Shown here: in pieces, positions 33,994 through 35,666 of the stretch
How positions within the stretch are numbered: the first letter of the stretch is position 1
Layout of the letters: the number at the start of each line of letters is the position of its first letter
IMG/VR virus record: IMGVR_UViG_3300049167_000237
Span: 1-35,666 of that record
Length of the DNA: 35,666 nt
Strand: one strand, 5' to 3'
From: a virus
Lineage: Duplodnaviria; Caudoviricetes
The notes under the pieces: model-generated
Seen by the model: the letters and a program-made list of their open reading frames with translations, nothing else
What the model was told of the DNA's origin: nothing
Databases searched by the model: none
Program-made: the position numbers and the translations under genes

Positions 33994-35666
33994 CAGCGAT
34001 CGTCGTCCAGCCGGGCGAAGGGGCGTCCGTCCCGATCTCTCGCGCGGGCCCGGCCGGGAAGGGCTGGAAGTTCGGCAGCGGCGCGCCTGCGGCCGAGATC
34101 GGCCGGATTGGGGAAATGTACCTCGACCTCGATACCTTCGATGTCTACGGACCCAAGGTCGGAGCATCCTGGCCAGCCGAGCCGGTCGCCCACCTGAAAG
34201 AGGCCGCAGACCTCGTTCTGGATGCACAGGAAGCCATCGAGCAAATAGCGGTGCAAGTTGCGCAGTCCGCGCAGCTGGCCGACGGCTATGCGACATCTGC
34301 AAACGCCGCCAAGAACACTGCGGCTGCCTATCGGAATGATGTCGTCGAGGCGGCGGCCGCGATTGGCACTGCAGTCGAGGATGTCGAGGAACTGGCGGAG
34401 CAGGTTGCCGGGGACGCCGCTGCTGCGGCTGCGTCCGCGAGCAAGCTCGTTGCGACCTCCACGACGTCGCGCACGCTGGGGCTGGGAGCGAAGGTGTTCG
34501 ATACGCAGACCGGCAAGCTGTTCGCAGCTGGCAATGCCGTCTGGGTGACGTCGGACTCCGCACCGAGCACGCACTGGATGACGGGACTCGTCACCAGCTA
34601 CGTCGGTGACGACTTGACGATCGACGTCACCAGCTTCTCTGGCAGCGGCGCGCGCGCGGATTGGACGATCAGGGTCAGCGGTGCTCCCGGCGCGAACGGG
34701 CTCAGCGGCTGGACGCCGGAACTCGCCACCGTCGAAGACGGCGAGCGGGAAGTTCTGCAGGTCATCGACTGGTTCGGCGGTACCGGCACGAAGCCGGACC
34801 TTGGGATGTATCTCGGCGCTGGCGGCTTCGTCGTCGACATCGAGGACGCCCGAAACGTCCGGGGCGGTGGTGCCAAGGGGTGGACGCCGAAGCTCGCGGT
34901 TGTCCCGGACGGGATCCGGTATGTGCAGCAGGTCGTCGACTGGTTCGGCGGCGAGGGCGTGAAGCCACCAACGGGCGAATATCTCGGGCCGTCTGGTCAT
35001 GTGACCGACATAGCCGAAGCCTCGAATATTCGTGGCGCGCCGGGCCTCGGCTCTGGCGACATGACGAAGTCCGTCTACGACACGGACAACGACGGCAAGG
35101 TCGACGCGGCAGAAACCGCGGATAGCGTTCTCTGGGCTGGCATTCCCGACAAGCCAGCGTTCGATACTGCGGCGCTGCAACCCGCCTCGGCATTCGCGAC
35201 CTCCGCACAGGGCGCGCTCGCCACCAACGCCATGCCAAAGACGGGCGGCGCCTTCACGGGTGCGATCTTGCTCAGCTCCGACGGTTCGACGTCTATGCAC
35301 CCGGTCAGCTACCAGCAGTTCCAGAGCGGGCTGCTGAGCCTGGGTCGGCGCGGTCAGGTCAGGGTGGCGACCGCCGCGAACATCACGATCTCGACTGCGC
35401 TGAACAGCGGCGACAGCCTCGACGGCGTGACACTCGCGACCGGCGACCTGGTGCTGGTAAAGAATCAGAGCACCGCCAGCCAGAACGGCATCTATATCGT
35501 CGGCACCTCGCCCGCGCGCTCGGCAGAGTTCGACACCTATGACGAGCATGCCGGTGTGACGCTGGCGGTTCAGGAAGGCACCCAGGCCGACACGCTCTGG
35601 CTCTGCACATCGAACCGAGGCGGCACGCTCGGCTCGACCGCGATCGCCTTTGCGCCGCTGCCGGTC
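33990..35666 (+). CDS. Large tail fibre/spike protein, partial (runs off the window; absent from the ORF track)
   Basis: ATGA-coupled start MTAIVVQPGEG; open for 559 codons; GSGAP...G..GEMYLD...VYGPK, coiled coil, tandem GWTP...QVxDWFGG repeats, DGVTLATGDLVLVKNQS...QNGIY module. Confidence 0.85.
   Translation, partial: MTAIVVQPGEGASVPISRAGPAGKGWKFGSGAPAAEIGRIGEMYLDLDTFDVYGPKVGASWPAEPVAHLKEAADLVLDAQEAIEQIAVQVAQSAQLADGYATSANAAKNTAAAYRNDVVEAAAAIGTAVEDVEELAEQVAGDAAAAAASASKLVATSTTSRTLGLGAKVFDTQTGKLFAAGNAVWVTSDSAPSTHWMTGLVTSYVGDDLTIDVTSFSGSGARADWTIRVSGAPGANGLSGWTPELATVEDGEREVLQVIDWFGGTGTKPDLGMYLGAGGFVVDIEDARNVRGGGAKGWTPKLAVVPDGIRYVQQVVDWFGGEGVKPPTGEYLGPSGHVTDIAEASNIRGAPGLGSGDMTKSVYDTDNDGKVDAAETADSVLWAGIPDKPAFDTAALQPASAFATSAQGALATNAMPKTGGAFTGAILLSSDGSTSMHPVSYQQFQSGLLSLGRRGQVRVATAANITISTALNSGDSLDGVTLATGDLVLVKNQSTASQNGIYIVGTSPARSAEFDTYDEHAGVTLAVQEGTQADTLWLCTSNRGGTLGSTAIAFAPLPV

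Noticed and set aside
30904-35666. Diversity-generating retroelement or invertible fibre cassette
   Set aside because: No reverse transcriptase, invertase, near-identical TR/VR pair or inverted crossover sites seen; the repeats are diverged in-frame domain duplications

Overview
The whole window is the left and central ~35.7 kb of a GC-rich temperate prophage. The host is most likely an alphaproteobacterium, judged from the integrase N-terminus and the A29:U41 initiator tRNA. Gene order: tyrosine integrase and excisionase; a leftward early operon; a lambda-like cI/cro switch with five TCAAG-N5-CTTGA operators; DnaB helicase and replication initiator; a NusG-paralog gene followed by a structured leader, an initiator tRNA-fMet and a terminator; an antisense RHH-YfbU moron; a lambda-like cos site; a lambda-type head module (TerS, gpA TerL, gpW, portal, ClpP-like protease, major capsid); a Mu-like contractile tail; then tail fibre/adhesin genes, the last running off the right edge. 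No lysis genes or att sites were seen. Most unusual observations: (1) the major capsid ORF starts with an apparent Sec signal peptide/membrane anchor; (2) a NusG paralog with a basic N-terminal arm sits in the lambda Q position ahead of a UUCG-hairpin leader, tRNA-fMet and terminator; (3) CI appears to lack its autocleavage Ser/Lys, its operators share the CtrA-box geometry, and the early operon encodes a stand-alone ClpX-type zinc finger; (4) three antisense morons, one a secreted protein abutting the tape-measure lysozyme domain. All family assignments are by-eye motif recognition plus synteny, not database searches.
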